DNA of 64,000 nucleotides from Trichodelitschia bisporula (lineage: Eukaryota): contig ML996701.1 of the NCBI GenBank assembly GCA_010356995.1, positions 364,963 through 428,962 on the forward strand, given 5' to 3'. The first letter of the stretch is position 1; every line of letters starts with the position of its first letter. This document shows positions 36,550 to 49,772 of this stretch, piece after piece. Below the pieces are notes generated by a model. That model saw nothing but the letters and a program-made list of their open reading frames with translations, did not search any database and had not been told where the DNA came from. The translations under genes and the position numbers were made by a program.

Positions 36550-37475
36550 AAGGCTTCCTTTTCGGACTGGCTGGGCTGGGTTGGCGGGTGTATTTTATGG
36601 CGGCATCAAATTGATTTTAAGCGCTTTGCTTGCTTGCAGCTGTGATGCTCATTGGGTCTTCAATTAACGTCTTTTGTTTCTCCACATATCATAGCGGTTG
36701 TTTCCACTTAAACGTATTTGGCTACAGCCCCTTTGTAAGCAGATCTGATGGAATGTAGTCGAACACCTGGCCGAAGCGTGTGCCACTACCGTGCCTCATA
36801 ATGCGGGGTGACAGCTGTGAATGGCGTCAACCGCCGGAAAGCTAGGGTGAGATGATGCTGGCCAAAGTTTGCAGCTAGCACGGATGAAGCTGGGCGGAAA
36901 CGTGAAGATCAAACCCTTCCGATTGGTCAATTGGATAGGAGTTTATCCTACAGTGAAGTAGATCAAAAGCCTTCCCCCACAGGTGGGTGGATTGATGGGA
37001 TGCAATTGGAGGGAGGGGGGCCAACCAGTGAAGGCGCCATCATTGGAGGTCAACACATTGCTTTGCCCTCCTAAGGGTCAAAAAAACATCTGTCCTCGCA
37101 AGGGTAAATATCGTGCAGCTTCTGCATGACCTCGGCGTAGCTCAGCCATCCTTTTCCACTCCACCTCACGCCGCCGAGTCTGTCGCTACGGTACATTTGA
37201 AGTGTCCAGCTCGCACTCACTCTTCAGCTGGTCTAGACACAGTTCTGGTGCGCCGCCGAGCGTAATTGAAGCGAAAGCCAAAAAACCCCTCCCCCGGACC
37301 CACAAGCTTCGACCGCTCTGTGGTCACCGCCCCTCCCCCCCGGAACCGCTTTGTGCTGAAACAACAACTTCTCAACATTATTCGGTTTGCCAAGCATCTT
37401 CTCCAACTCCATGTGCTGCTGCTGAAGCTGTCACCCACTCTCCACTTGCACCTCCACTCGCCGAGTTCCTCTCCA

Positions 37476-39053
37476 ATGGCTGGCGAACTGGATATCTCGT
37501 ATGCGCCTGACAAAGTGGGCTCCGAGGCCGAGAAGATGGACGCTTTCCCAGCCCAGGACTCCCTACTCCCCCACGGCGATCATGTAAAGACCAGGAGAGT
37601 CGTTCGCCGGCGGAAACAGAAGAAAGAGGAGAGCCTCATCACGGCGCTGTGCTCGTGGATCGTTGAGCACCAAATCGGTAAACAATTGATATCAGTATGA
37701 GCAGACTCGTAATGCTAACTCGGCACCAGGTCTCGCTATCAACCTCGTCCTCCTGCTGTCTTTAACGCACATCTGCTTCCCTCGCGCTCGTCCACACACA
37801 CGAAAGTTTTTCGAGATGGCGTACTACAATCCCGACACCCAGGCCTACACTCGTGGAATCGACGATATGTACCTTGTCTTCTTCTGGATTGTGGCCTTCA
37901 CTGGGCTCCGCATGGGTTCTATGGAATACCTCCTACAACCATTCGCGCAGTGGGGAGGCATCGAGTCAAAGAAGGCGCGCACGCGTTTTGCGGAGCAGGG
38001 GTGGATGGTCATGTACGACTCAGTGTTTTGGTCGCTGGGCATGGTCGGTTTCGAGTCTTCGAGGCTTTCCCGTTCGCTGCTAACCGAACGCAGTACCTCA
38101 TGTACAAATCTGACTACTGGTTCAACTTGAAGGCCCTGTGGGAGGGTTACCCGCCGATCCACATGTCGGGAACGATGAAATGGTACTACCTTGTCCAGTT
38201 CGCCTTCTGGCTTCAGCAGCTGTTCGTCGTCAACATTGAGGAGCGCCGCAAAGATTTTTGGCAGATGTTCACGCATCACATCTTCACCTGCGCCCTGCTG
38301 TTCGCAAGTTACGGCTGGTACCAACATAAGGTCGGAAACGTCATCCTGTGTACCATGGACGTGGTTGATATTCTTCTGCCGGTATGCATTGCTTCCGTGG
38401 CCTACCAATCCAACTAATCGTTATCGCAGCTGGCTAAAATGTTCAACTATCTCGGCCTCCGCACCCTCTGCGATGTTACCTTTGGAATTTTCATTACCGT
38501 CTGGTTCGTGACACGGCATATCTTCTACCCGCTGGTATGCCGGGCCATCTATGTCGATCTTCCGGTCCTTGGATGCTACGACAGCATAACAGGCGCTAAA
38601 ATCGAGGGCGAAGAAAACACGTCAATCTGGTCCAATATCTCACAACCTTTCACGCGTCCTGGAGGCCATGTATGCTTCAATGATAACATTCGCCTCCTGT
38701 TCCTCGGGATGCTTCTCGCTCTCCAAGTGCTTATGATTCTGTGGTTCGTCATGATATCACGCCTTGCCTGCAGCGTCATCATGGGCAAGGTGGCGGAGGA
38801 CCCACGCAGTGATGATGAGGGCGAGGATAGTTATGAAGAGTTTGAGATTGATGATCACTTCGACGCGGAGTGGGACGAGGAGCATGCGATTGAAGAGGAG
38901 GTCGGCGTCGAGGGGTTGAGCGCGCGGCCCAAGGGTGGGCCATCTGGACGGCGGGGCAAGCGCCCTGTTGCGCGTACGAGCGCCATTTCCATTCCGGGGC
39001 ATGGCGACCACAAGGAGCTTCTGGGGAGGATAGGCTGTGATAAGCCATCTTGA
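37476..39053 (+). CDS. barA: Ceramide synthase (TLC domain; BarA/Lag1 clade), 4 exons
   Basis: RFAEQGW, KWYYLVQFAFWLQQ, Lag1p motif RKDFWQMFTHHIFT, AEDPRSDDE acidic tail and ELLGRIGCDKPS terminus. The clade assignment is from memory of Aspergillus BarA. Confidence 0.9.
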
Positions 39054-39822
39054 GAGCGAGGCGTTTATTAGGCCCAGTTTGTAGAACCAAAAGCACAGGG
39101 TAACGCGATGCTAAGTGGACTTTCTTATACCTTGATGGGACTTTTGAGTGGATGTGTGCGATGGGTAGATGTGGTCTTTTAGGGTCGATCGGTTTCTTTT
39201 CTCTTTGACGATGTTCGCGCTTCGCGCGCCTCGTGTTGTGCGTCGGGTTCCATGCGGTGCGGAGGGGTCTTGCAACCCTATTTTGCTATGTATCGGTCTT
39301 TGCTATGCAGTCTCCCTAGGGTTGCATTCGGTTCCAACAATCGGGGCGTTATATAGCTGGACTTCCCGTCGGCGAGACTTTTTCTCGCGACGATGGTCCG
39401 ATCGGATGGGCTGCATTGTCGCTGGGCGAAGAGTTATATCCTACCACACAAGTACACTTAGGACTACCGTGCTTTACTGCTATAGGCTGTGCAATGTCTA
39501 TCTGGGCGCGTGGTTCTGCGGGATATGTACAGTACCATCATCGCCAATCCCGTGCCGACTCGCCCGGAACATTCCGGTCGGCATGCAGAAGGAGCCCAGG
39601 ACTGGTTGGTCCCAAACCAGCCTCGGCATGGAGGGGCACGCGCGGTTGCCCCACTAGAAGAGCGTGACGATATCATAGGAGGGCACGCGCTATTTTCGAC
39701 GAGGAGTTGGGCTTCAAGTATTCGTAGCAAGCTTGGGCTCGAAGGGCTGGTCACAAGATGGAATGCGGGTCACGATATATGAGGGGTACGTCGCGAAGCG
39801 ATAATAGCACTGTTCGGATTTC

Positions 39823-41225
39823 TTAGCGATCAGCCTCCCTACTGCTGTGCCTGCTGTGGTGACTTGTGCGTCGCTTCCGTTTGCGCCGCCGGCCGCCGCG
39901 CCGGGGGAAAAGGTTACCGAGGTGGTGTTCGTCGAGCAGGGTGTAGAAATCCCGGCCGAGGGGGAAGTCGCACAGCGGATCGTCGTGCCGACAGCATGGC
40001 GGGTCACCAAAAGGCAGAAACCACCCCCAGATGCGTTCTCCCAACACCGATTTCAGGTTGTTGAGCGCGCCGACGTCCCAAATGTTGTCGTCTGGCTTCG
40101 TCTGGATAATTGCGAAGGTGCGTGACACACCAGCCGATGCACCGTTTTCCAATTCGCTGGCTGTGGCGTCGGGCGTGTAGTTTGTGCTGCTGTTCGGGAG
40201 GGGATATGTTATGGTGCGAGACTGGGTGGTTTCTCGGCTAAATGTGGGAATGTAGACCGCAAGAAACTCCGTCCTGCTTCCCCGCCCCAAAAACTCGATG
40301 GTTGTTAAGTTCAGGAGTTGCTGGTGGAGTGTATGTCCAAACATGCCGCCAGTCATGAAACCAAAAAGAGCGCTGAGGACGGCGAAAGCTATAAGGTTGC
40401 CATCGTATGTACCTATCTGCTCAATAGATAAGCAATCTGAGTTAGATGATGACCCATGAATAGACGACTTACCCGCCTCTGTCGGTCGACGATGGCCCAA
40501 ATCACGATACCGAAAAGGAACCCAGTGTACAGGAAACCGTAACAGGTGAACTGCAGAAAGTATTTCATGTTGGTTTCGCTCACCACACCTCCTACCCATG
40601 GACAGAAATGGTCCATGCGCCTCACACAGCGGTTGAAATCACTGCAATGGTGAGTGCGGGCTGGTTTCCAGTTGTTACAGGTGTCGCAGAAGATTGGGAG
40701 CCCTTCTTGGTCACACACCCAAACATCTTTGTTGTAGAACCGGTCCAAGCCAGGAGGAGGCAAAACACGGCCCTCTAATACAGCCACTCGATCTAGCCCG
40801 CCAGACCGGGCAACCTCTGGCCCTTTGCTGCTCAGCCCGGGGCCCCCCTCTTCATGATGGGAATTCGACGCTCTCCGAGGAATGAAGCCAGGATTTGTGA
40901 TGACGGATTGAAGAATGCGGAAGTAGGTGAGAAAGCACAGGAGCATCAGGGGGAAATATACAGCTAATATAGCGATGGCGGTTTTGGGCCGGCGAGGGAC
41001 AAGTTCAAGTTCCTGGTCGAGAGGCCCAGAAAGGTCAAAGAGACTTGGACCCGGCTTGAGAAGGTATCGCACTGGAACCTGTGAGCGCATGACTGATAGA
41101 ATGGCAGGGCTAGACGTACAGCATAACCGATCAACAACGACCCATATTGAGTACGCGTCGATCGCGACTATCACCACCGGGACGATGCGCGACACCCACA
41201 AGTTAGTCGCGTGCGGAGAGCACAT
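39823..41225 (-). CDS. PFA5: DHHC-family palmitoyltransferase (Pfa5-like, DHFC variant), 3 exons
   Basis: CDTCNNWKPARTHHCSDFNRCVRRMDHFCPWVGG, NLTTIE and NIWDVGALNNLKSVLG. Confidence 0.88.
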
Positions 41226-43898
41226 TGATCCGGTGCTTCCAGGCCCCGGGGGTCATGCCGATGAAAGGATACAGGAAATCAATAGCACAAAGAAACCTAT
41301 ACTCCGACCGCGCGAAGGCTCAAGGTTGACGATGGCCTGGGAACTTGGAAGATGATGCAATCACGGCCGGAACCTCTGGACCGGAATAACATCATTCCGA
41401 AATGCCGACCCCAGAAAGTACCCACCCGAAAAAAAGTTATAGTTATCCTGGTCCGCAAAAACACCTGGGAAAGGTGACCACGACTTTACGGGTAGCCCTT
41501 GGTCTTCAAAGCCGAATTCCGCATTCGATCTTGCACTTGTTTGTGCTCCATCAATGTCCAGACAACCTCTCTCAGTGGCTCTCCCGTAACATCAAGCTTT
41601 ATCGGCTTCTAAGAATCGGCTGGTTCGTTCCGAGTGCGGATACGACCCGAGATTATGCGGCGGAACCCCACATTGTTCGAGCCGAGCCACGTACGTGCTA
41701 CCCGTACGTACCGTAGTAGCTCTGCACGCCTTCCCCGGACCTTGAATCAGAAGCTGCTGCCTCGTTCTACAACCCCTCAAACTCGCAGTAGCATGGCGCC
41801 TTAGGAAGTGGACATATCCCAGGTATCCCATCTACTGTCGATGCGGCTCTGCACTGGAAGCAAGCCGCTCCTAGCAGCAGCTCTGAACTCTGCGGGGCGT
41901 AGACTGAAGCTTGGCTTCCTCAATACCCTGCTTAGTGCGGCTCTTGCGCTTGACCGACGTTCTCAAGGCTCTTCTAGGTCATGAGGGGTCAGTCATATGC
42001 TCATATTTGACCGGTGCACGCCGCCTTAGAGGCCGACGAGAGCCTCACGACACTACCATTCTCCGCAAACGGTCCAGCCTGTCTCTGCCTCGCAGACCGC
42101 CGGGACCACTACTAACAGAATATGCTTCGTATGGTCCTGATCGTTGCGCCAAAAAACTTCGATATCCTCGTGGGGTTTGATGTCTCAACATGATAGATGT
42201 GAGAATGCGCTATTTTACTCGCATATATTCTTTGGGCATCTGCACGATGCATCGTCCCATCAATCATCACTCCTATGGAGACTGGGCTTGAGGAGCGCCT
42301 GTCAACTTGTTGCTGTCGTCCTCCTTCACCGCTTCTAACCGCTCGCCCTTACTTCCAAGCCTCATATGCTGAGGCCGAGTCTGCCGCGGACTCCGCCGAT
42401 GACAAGCGATTGCGGCTCTTGCGCCGGTGAGATTCTCCCAAATGCTTTCTGGAGAGAGTACTCTGCAGCATTAACGCATGGGCAGGATGAACTTCCTTGC
42501 TCAGCCTTGGAGCTGTACAACTTCAGCCCATCTGCATGCAAGCCACTTGCGGCGCAATTCCATGGGGTGATTCAACTGACGAGATACTTGCTCGACCGAT
42601 GCGAGTTCTAGCTTCTAACCTTTTTGTATTCAAGATCTTGCTCAAGACATCCTGAGGTACACGCTGTACAACGCTGAGGCGAACAGTCAACTTGAGAGCA
42701 CAAAGGCTGCAACGCCCCGAAAGTGGTCTTAGGAGTAATGCATCCCTTGGACTCATTTATCTTCAGAGCAGTGTCAAGTCTTCCTTCAAATATCGGATCA
42801 TTGCATCTGGAGTCTCGCATTGCTCGACGAAAAGGCACTTGGTACGGTACAAATCGGCATTCACGCCTCACTATTGGCCTCATGATAGATCCGGCGCCGG
42901 CTACACTACAGAGTCAGATATCGGCAAAGCCCACCGTCCTCAAGTCAAATCTCATTAACTGTCGTCACGCAGCATCGCGTGCTCCGCGCGATGTGCCTGA
43001 TCGCCCTATTGCAGCTCATCCTTGATGCCGCTCATCAACCTTGTCAAGCGTTGGCGACGTGCCATACATCAAACATGATCGCTTAGATATTTCCACTCAC
43101 CGATTGAACCTCTACCAACGAATAGACACGGCATGATATTCTCAAGTTCTGCACTTATCTGCCTGGTGCTAGTGTTGCCGCTCCTTTGACCGGGTAGGCA
43201 GCCCGGCGGCACGAGGTTCATCAGTAAGTAACATTGACATCAAACTACACCGCGGCGGATCTGACCCAATTACAGCCTCATTTTCCTAAACGAGTACTCT
43301 CCCTCTGAGCTTGACCTCCATCAAGCTTTCACCGCCACAAGCCTGCCTATTATGTCACCCACAACCCTTTCCGGCCTCGTACTGAGGCCTCCCGCGAACG
43401 ACTGTGGCCCCTTGGGATGCACGCAACAGGATCGCTATGATCACGTTGCCGGACCTCCAAGCCCTATGTTTTGGGGAGTTCTTCTCTGACATTGGTTCCT
43501 CCTCTAATCCATTCTTTCCAATCGGGCCCAGCGGCCATACTCCAAACTTCTCCATCACCAACTTCTGCCGTTTCTTCGCCTACGAGCGGTAACTTCGCCA
43601 CTGCCTCGCCCCGCCCTAGAGCCCAATCTCTGCGGTGAGGCATCCTGTTGGCCGGTCGAGAGCCCGCTACTTTCCCATCCAACGGAAGCATCGCCCACAT
43701 CGGTAAAGCTATCAAACTCCGCCCGACAGTTCGTAGAACGACTCGGGGTGACCGAACTTCACTTGCTCATTGCCCCGGATTACACCGCCAGTGATCTTCG
43801 CCTCGCGATTTCGTTCATTGCCTTCTCCCAGGCTGACCGTTATGACGTTCCATCACCGCCTCCTTCCCGAATGCTTCATTTGCGCACTGTACATTGGG

Positions 43899-43906
43899 TA
43901 TATAAA
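43899..43906 (+). promoter_or_regulatory. TATA box of the small Cys-rich gene at 44030
   Basis: TATATAAA about 130 bp upstream of a CAAAATG start. Confidence 0.55.
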
Positions 43907-44029
43907 CTCGTAGATGATCTCCGTCAATGAACTGTCACCAGCAGCACACTCGAGCATCTTGTTCCAATTCCATTTGCCGAGATATCAGTTCTTTTGCATT
44001 CCCCAACCTTTCGAATACTTTGTGTCAAA

Positions 44030-44236
44030 ATGATCAACCAGGCTCTCACCTTTACTCCTGCCAACGTCAACCAACACAACTCCGCTTCTGCCGAACTCGT
44101 TGATGCAAACTGGCTCTACACATGCTGTAAATGTCACAGCAAAGATGTTGGCCCTGCCCTAGTTGAAGTGACGCCTATGTGCGTAGGGTGCGGCCATGTG
44201 GTCTGTGCCTGCTGCCCCAAGTATTGGGCGAAGTAA
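44030..44236 (+). CDS. Small (68 aa) Cys-rich putative double zinc-ribbon protein
   Basis: WLYTCCKCHSKDVGPALVEVTPMCVGCGHVVCACC. Good Kozak context and an upstream TATA box. The motif is shared with the 49281 ORF. Confidence 0.7.
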   Translation: MINQALTFTPANVNQHNSASAELVDANWLYTCCKCHSKDVGPALVEVTPMCVGCGHVVCACCPKYWAK

Positions 44237-47200
44237 ACGGTACTTCTCCCCGAGCATCACCAAGCCTCCCTCATAATAATCTCAGAGCGCTAATGGTATC
44301 AAGCTCGACCCGCAAACGCACTTCATCGATTATCACATCTTGGGACGGACTACGACGTTGAATCATTGTGGGCGCTTGCGTTCTTTACCGCCCTAGCAAG
44401 TGCACTTTGTCTGTTGGGATTTGGATGATCTTCTCAATTTTGTTTCCCCCGGAACGAGAGGACTCAAACGATCACTTTCAGAGGTGTTTTGCGGTTCGGC
44501 AGGAGACTCCTTGGGCGGCTTTGGTGTGCATTCAGAACCCTTTCCTCTGTATTTGGAGTTTGGAATACGGTTAAAGGACTTTCGGTTTCAGTTCGTTTCC
44601 AATTCGACCCCTATTCAAGCTTTGGTCTACTTTCCCACACAAATCCAGTGATGACGTCTACCACCCCCGTCCTCCTTCAGCTTCCCCTGACATGCTTCTC
44701 CACTTCCCCGCCCCCAGTAGCTTGACTGCCTTCAGCCTCAGCATGCGGGGATGGTGGGTGGTCGCTCATTCCCCACGCTATGCTCGGCGGGGGATTGATA
44801 CCATGCTTGCATGCACTTGATGCCAGTGCTTGCGGGAAAGATCGATGCATGTTTGACTTGAGGGAAGAGACGGAATGAAGGACCTTGCCAAGTCGCTGGA
44901 GGAGCGTTGATACGTTGTAGTGTTCCTGTAGTAATATCGGACGGAGTGGTAAGTGGCAGAGTACGACAAACGGCCCTCCTGCAGAGGCAGCCGTTGCTGC
45001 ACGCCCCACATGTTGTGCTTCCGTTATTGCAGAATCCTTCGAGCTGATGCAGGGGCATAGTACGACGTGACCCATCACAGGATGCGTGAAAGGCACGACA
45101 GTCACAACGTTGACATCATGCAAGGTAGCTGACAGCCTGACGATCAATGTTAGGTAACTCGCTCAAGTAACCTTTCCACACAGGATAAGTAATCTGTAGC
45201 GAATAGTAGTGGGAGAGTGAGACAGGTCAGGGATGGAGATGAAGGCGGGGGGTATCCAGCTTCATGGTCTCAGCCTCATCAGGGGGGGGGGCGGAAAGTC
45301 GGGACTTCGAGAGGATTCGACAGGCTTGTTCCCGATGCTGGGTGAGTTCTTACCTTTACTTGAAAGCTGCTTCTGCGGTCATTACGGCTCCCTGGGACAG
45401 TGCCGCTGTGGGTCGTGCCGCTCGGGAGCGGCCGTTGGGTTCATTCAACGGTCGGAAAATCCTACTCCTATCGGGGATAAATGGATATTTCTCTACTACG
45501 GGACGGGACGATGGAGAGACCCGTTCGATCCCAACGGCGCAAGAAGATTCTCTGTGAAACCATTCTGTGGATACACACAATGTATGGCCGAGAGCTTCGC
45601 AAGCTAGAACGCGGCATAATTTAGTGGAATGCAATCAGCACCATTGTCTGGAAGCCAAGAGATTTACCTCCGTTAGAGAGTAAATCACTGCCTTTTTATC
45701 TTCCACTCCGAGGTTGAACGCGTCATTTCGGACGTCGAGATGGTCAAGGAACGCGCTCGAATATTCAAATGAGCGGCCGTCCGCCAACGGGCGTGATGCC
45801 TGGTGGGAGCCATGCGAGAATGGACGCCGCGGCAGATAGTGGGACTGGAATCAGCATCGCGAGCGATCATGGCCCTCGATGTGTGGCTTCTGCACAAATC
45901 CTCCCATTACCCCTATGCTCAACTCCGTACCAGTGAGGGAGTCCTGCTGGGTTAGCGGGCTCATAGTGCAAAATTGGTTTGAGGTCTAGGAGATGCGAGG
46001 GTGGTGTTTGACGATGTGCCGGTGACTGCCGAGTGATGGGATTATCATCCGTGGTTGCAGCAAATTTCCGCAGTGCAGTGCCATCCGCGGTCTCGTAGTG
46101 CTCGATCATGAAAGTGAGAGGCATCGTCTTCGTGCCAGTCGGACATCCCGCTGGGATCGTACGACAGTCGTGCAAAGGACTTGAAGGAATCGGGGGGGTT
46201 TGGGTTTCCACCATGGACCAATTGCCGTTCGCATCGACTCGTTCTGCGGTCAAATGTCCGCAATGTAGGGTGCTCTGCTTGCGTGCTGGGCCCCCTTTCC
46301 CAGTCTCTCCGTTTCAGCCTTGCCGCTTGATTCCTTGACCGGAAAGCATTCCCAAGGCCTTTTTCTTGAAACTGCGGCAATCGCCACACTTGGTGGCCGA
46401 CTGGTGGCTGTGGTGGCGAATTACACCACAAGAACGAGGTTCGGAATACTAGGAGTGCGGCCTCGCGGAAGTTCGACCCACTTCTTGTGGGCGCTTGAGG
46501 CCAGTATGAATGTTGCGGCCTCCGGAGTCGCCGCAGCCGCCAAGGTCTACGAGGGTTGTCGATGTGCTCTATCTAGCTGCAGAAAGATCCTACACAGGCT
46601 CGAATCTGAAATCGGTATGGAGTGCTACGGCTGCCACTCCAACGACAGCGGCTGTTCTCAAGGTCGAGAGCCAACTTCGGAGAGCCAGCCTTGAGGAGCG
46701 TTCCTGGGTTGAATGTTTGCATCTGATGTAGTGATTGGCCAATACGGTTCTATCTCATCTCAACAGAAATGCTGTTCAGTAAGTGCTGGTAAGGAGCCGA
46801 GTGTCAGCGGCGAATATCGTGCCTGCGATCCTTACTCCATGCTACCAGGCCGAGTATGGCACTGCGTGGGCGCCAGTAAGACCTCCGATGTCAGCCTAGG
46901 CATCAAGGATTTCGCGAAAGGCTCTGCGTTGTGTGAATATGGTAGGCCGCATTTCTTGCTGCGAAAATCTGAAGCGTGATTAGAGAAACGCGAATCCGTG
47001 TAACGGGTCGTTGAATCCGAGATCGTATTCCAGTATCCACAATACTGCGCCCGATCCAGCCTGAATGAAGCTCTGCATGTGGGATCATGGATAATGTGAT
47101 CAAGTTAGCACAGAAACCCCAAGGCGGACTGCTTAGGAAGCTTAAATCAGCCTTAAAGGAGGGGCTGCCAGTATACAGTAATAGCCCGACTCCGGGGCTG

Positions 47201-49183
47201 ATTCGTGTGAAGCAATGTTGAGCGAGAGACCGCGGTCTCGTTATGTTCCTGGATCGGCGACGCTGATGATCCGTACTACGGCACAAAGAGCCGCCGCACT
47301 AGTCCTGAAACGTACCTAACCCTCAATTTTAGCAATTCGTTGTCAAGCCAACGCACTCCCGCCTCGCCCACGTAATCCTTTGCCCATCCCACACTCTCAC
47401 ACCAAACTTTGTCTATCTCGTCTTTAATACAATATCCTGGAGCGGGAGTTCTCTGTCGAATTTCACATTACATGCTCCACGCTTGCCTATCACAGCACCG
47501 AGCATCGCCACCCTGCCAGAAAGCCTTCCTATGAGACCCAATTCAGCCAGCTGCGCACTTGTGCTTCACCATTCCGTAATCCTAGCCTCACTTATGCCCA
47601 TGTGAGAAAGGCAGACAAGGCGGATGCCGTGATAGAGTGCCAACGGTCATGGTGGAGCACACCGCGCATTATCTCCTTCCCCTTCTAACCACTTTTAGCA
47701 ACATACTTCTACTGGCAGGTGTCTAGTATGCATCACCTCACCGGAAATGCTCATGCAGCTCGAAGATAATTATAGCGACGGTGCTCCATGCGGGTGTCTC
47801 ATGCGGACAAAGCGTAGTCGAAGTACGATGGGAATGAAAAAGATGCTCTCGCCCCAAATTTGCAACTAACGGCGGTGAACTGCTTCCACTCTTTCGAAGC
47901 ACTTCCTCTCTCCCGAAATCCCAATGAGGGCCGCCTCAAAGGCGGCTCCAGAGGCCAAGCCTCACCGATTCCCTTTAAAAAATTCGTCGGCATCCGGTAG
48001 AGTCTCCCCGCTAGGCATCAGTATATGTCACTCTGCTAACTGTAAATTTCTGTGCAGATTCTGCCTACGGCATCTGTGATGGCTGTCCGTTCAGCAATGC
48101 CACTCCCAGCCGTTCAATGACCCCCGAAAACTTTGGCCTGGCTATGGGCTCGAACCCATCGGCTTACTTTATTCTGAGTCCGAACGGGTCAGCCAGGTGT
48201 AGCAGTTAGCCTTGCTCAGTGTGCGCCTCGGTGTCTGCGCGACTACGGAGGTATGATGTATAGGCATTTTTCGGTCCTCTTGACCCAAACGATGCCGAGC
48301 ATCCTTCTCCCAGACCAGTCTGTCCGCCCGACAAAATTACCCGCCTTCCATTCCCTTTGGTACCAGAGCAATCGTAAGATTTCAAAGAAGCTTTGTCTCT
48401 CCTTGTTCTGTTTGGATTTCTCTTGTTCATTTCGTAAATTGTACTTGTACTCCGGTCCATATGTGTGGACGCTCATGCGTGAAGCATGTCATCACTTCAG
48501 GAAGAGGAAGAGAATGACCCATTATATTGTCACATGCGTTGAGGCTGATATCACGACCTCTATCTTTAAGGCTTCTTCTCTTAAATCTTTCTTGACATAA
48601 CATATCGATATTTCTGACATTGTTTTACTAACCCTCTTATATTTCAGCATTCCGGGCTAACCCCCTAACCCCCTATCCCCCAGTTGCCCGGCCTCCCTCG
48701 TCCGTATAATGGTTCAACAAAATACGGAGGGGAAATAGCATCCATCGCATGCATGATTTCGGCCACAGAAATTCCTGATGAGCAATCGAAGTCGCTGACT
48801 TGTTGCTCCGGGAGAAAGCTTGGAAAGGTGTCCGGCCCCTGGAAGTGAGCCCGGGCAGAATTGACGGTCTCTCGGCCTCCACTAATCGCATGTCTGATCA
48901 CCGCCCCACTGGACCATTTTTTGGCAATAGGACGCCGGCATGCTGCGGACGCCTTCCCAACAAGACGTCAGGACCATTTACAGTCTCGGGAGGCCGGCTA
49001 AAAGGGGGCCTGTATTCAACCGCCCGGTTTGATTCGGTCTGCCTCTTGGTGGCAGTGCAAGAAAGCCTAGTAACAGCCTCAATGACTGGAAATGCTATAG
49101 AAGCCGCCGGTCTCTGGTACGGATTGAATAAAAGGAGAGGTCTCCCAAAAATGGCCCTCATAATCAGTCAATCGATACTGCAG

Positions 49184-49189
49184 TATAAA
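49184..49189 (+). promoter_or_regulatory. TATA box of the Cys-rich gene at 49281
   Basis: TATAAA followed by a CT-rich leader about 95 bp before the ATG. Confidence 0.5.
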
Positions 49190-49280
49190 GACCGCACCAG
49201 CTCTTCACTTCTATCAACCGATACCCCAATATCACGACCGCATCATCTCTTCATCTTCATCATACCTCCCCTCCATCAAT

Positions 49281-49772
49281 ATGCCGAACGCTTATTATTG
49301 TTGTGGATGTCGCACCGGGCCCTACCACATCGCCTACTACTCCCGCTGTCTGGGCTGTGAACAAGCACCTTGCGAGTACTGCACTTGGGTAACCATTCCG
49401 GACAAAACCCAGTATGGAAAGTCACCAGAGAGCGTTATCGTGTCTTCGCCGTTGTCACTCTACATGGCCTCGACGACTTCAACACTTCCAGATTCTTTGA
49501 CGAGCTACGGCACGATCCCGAACACAGGCTCCCAGGGCGGACGGTATGGGTCATTCAGCCCCTCGGCCGGTAACCCATCTACCAAACATACCCCTCCTGA
49601 GGACTCTCCGGACGATCTTCTCGGTGGGCCGAGTCTCATACAGCAGCGATCCGATGTGTGGTATTGTTGCGACTGCGGCGACGGACCGGTATCAGTGGCG
49701 CTACACGCGGCGTGTGTCGGATGTGATCACCACAGGTGCATGGGATGTAAGTCCGAGAATCGGGCAAAGTAG
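49281..49772 (+). CDS. 163-aa protein with two copies of a Cys-rich putative zinc-ribbon module joined by a Ser/Thr/Pro linker
   Basis: N-terminal YYCCGCRTGPYHIAYYSRCLGCEQAPCEYC and C-terminal WYCCDCGDGPVSVALHAACVGCDHHRCMGC. Confidence 0.75.
   Translation: MPNAYYCCGCRTGPYHIAYYSRCLGCEQAPCEYCTWVTIPDKTQYGKSPESVIVSSPLSLYMASTTSTLPDSLTSYGTIPNTGSQGGRYGSFSPSAGNPSTKHTPPEDSPDDLLGGPSLIQQRSDVWYCCDCGDGPVSVALHAACVGCDHHRCMGCKSENRAK

Noticed and set aside
40590..40620. DHFC instead of DHHC as an inactivating change
   Set aside because: Pfa5-type enzymes are known to carry an aromatic residue at this position (yeast DHYC).
42540..42610. AAQFHGVIQLTRYLLD as an ankyrin-repeat remnant
   Set aside because: A single short resemblance with no second repeat; it cannot be distinguished from chance.
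44738..45607. Other Cys-containing short ORFs in the island (44738-45058 minus, 45233-45607 plus)
   Set aside because: They lack the CCxC-GP module spacing and promoter cues, so they are probably chance ORFs.
47310..48680. CTAACCC-like words as telomeric repeats or a telomerase RNA template
   Set aside because: Only isolated imperfect matches. No TAACCCTAA template or tandem TTAGGG array was seen.
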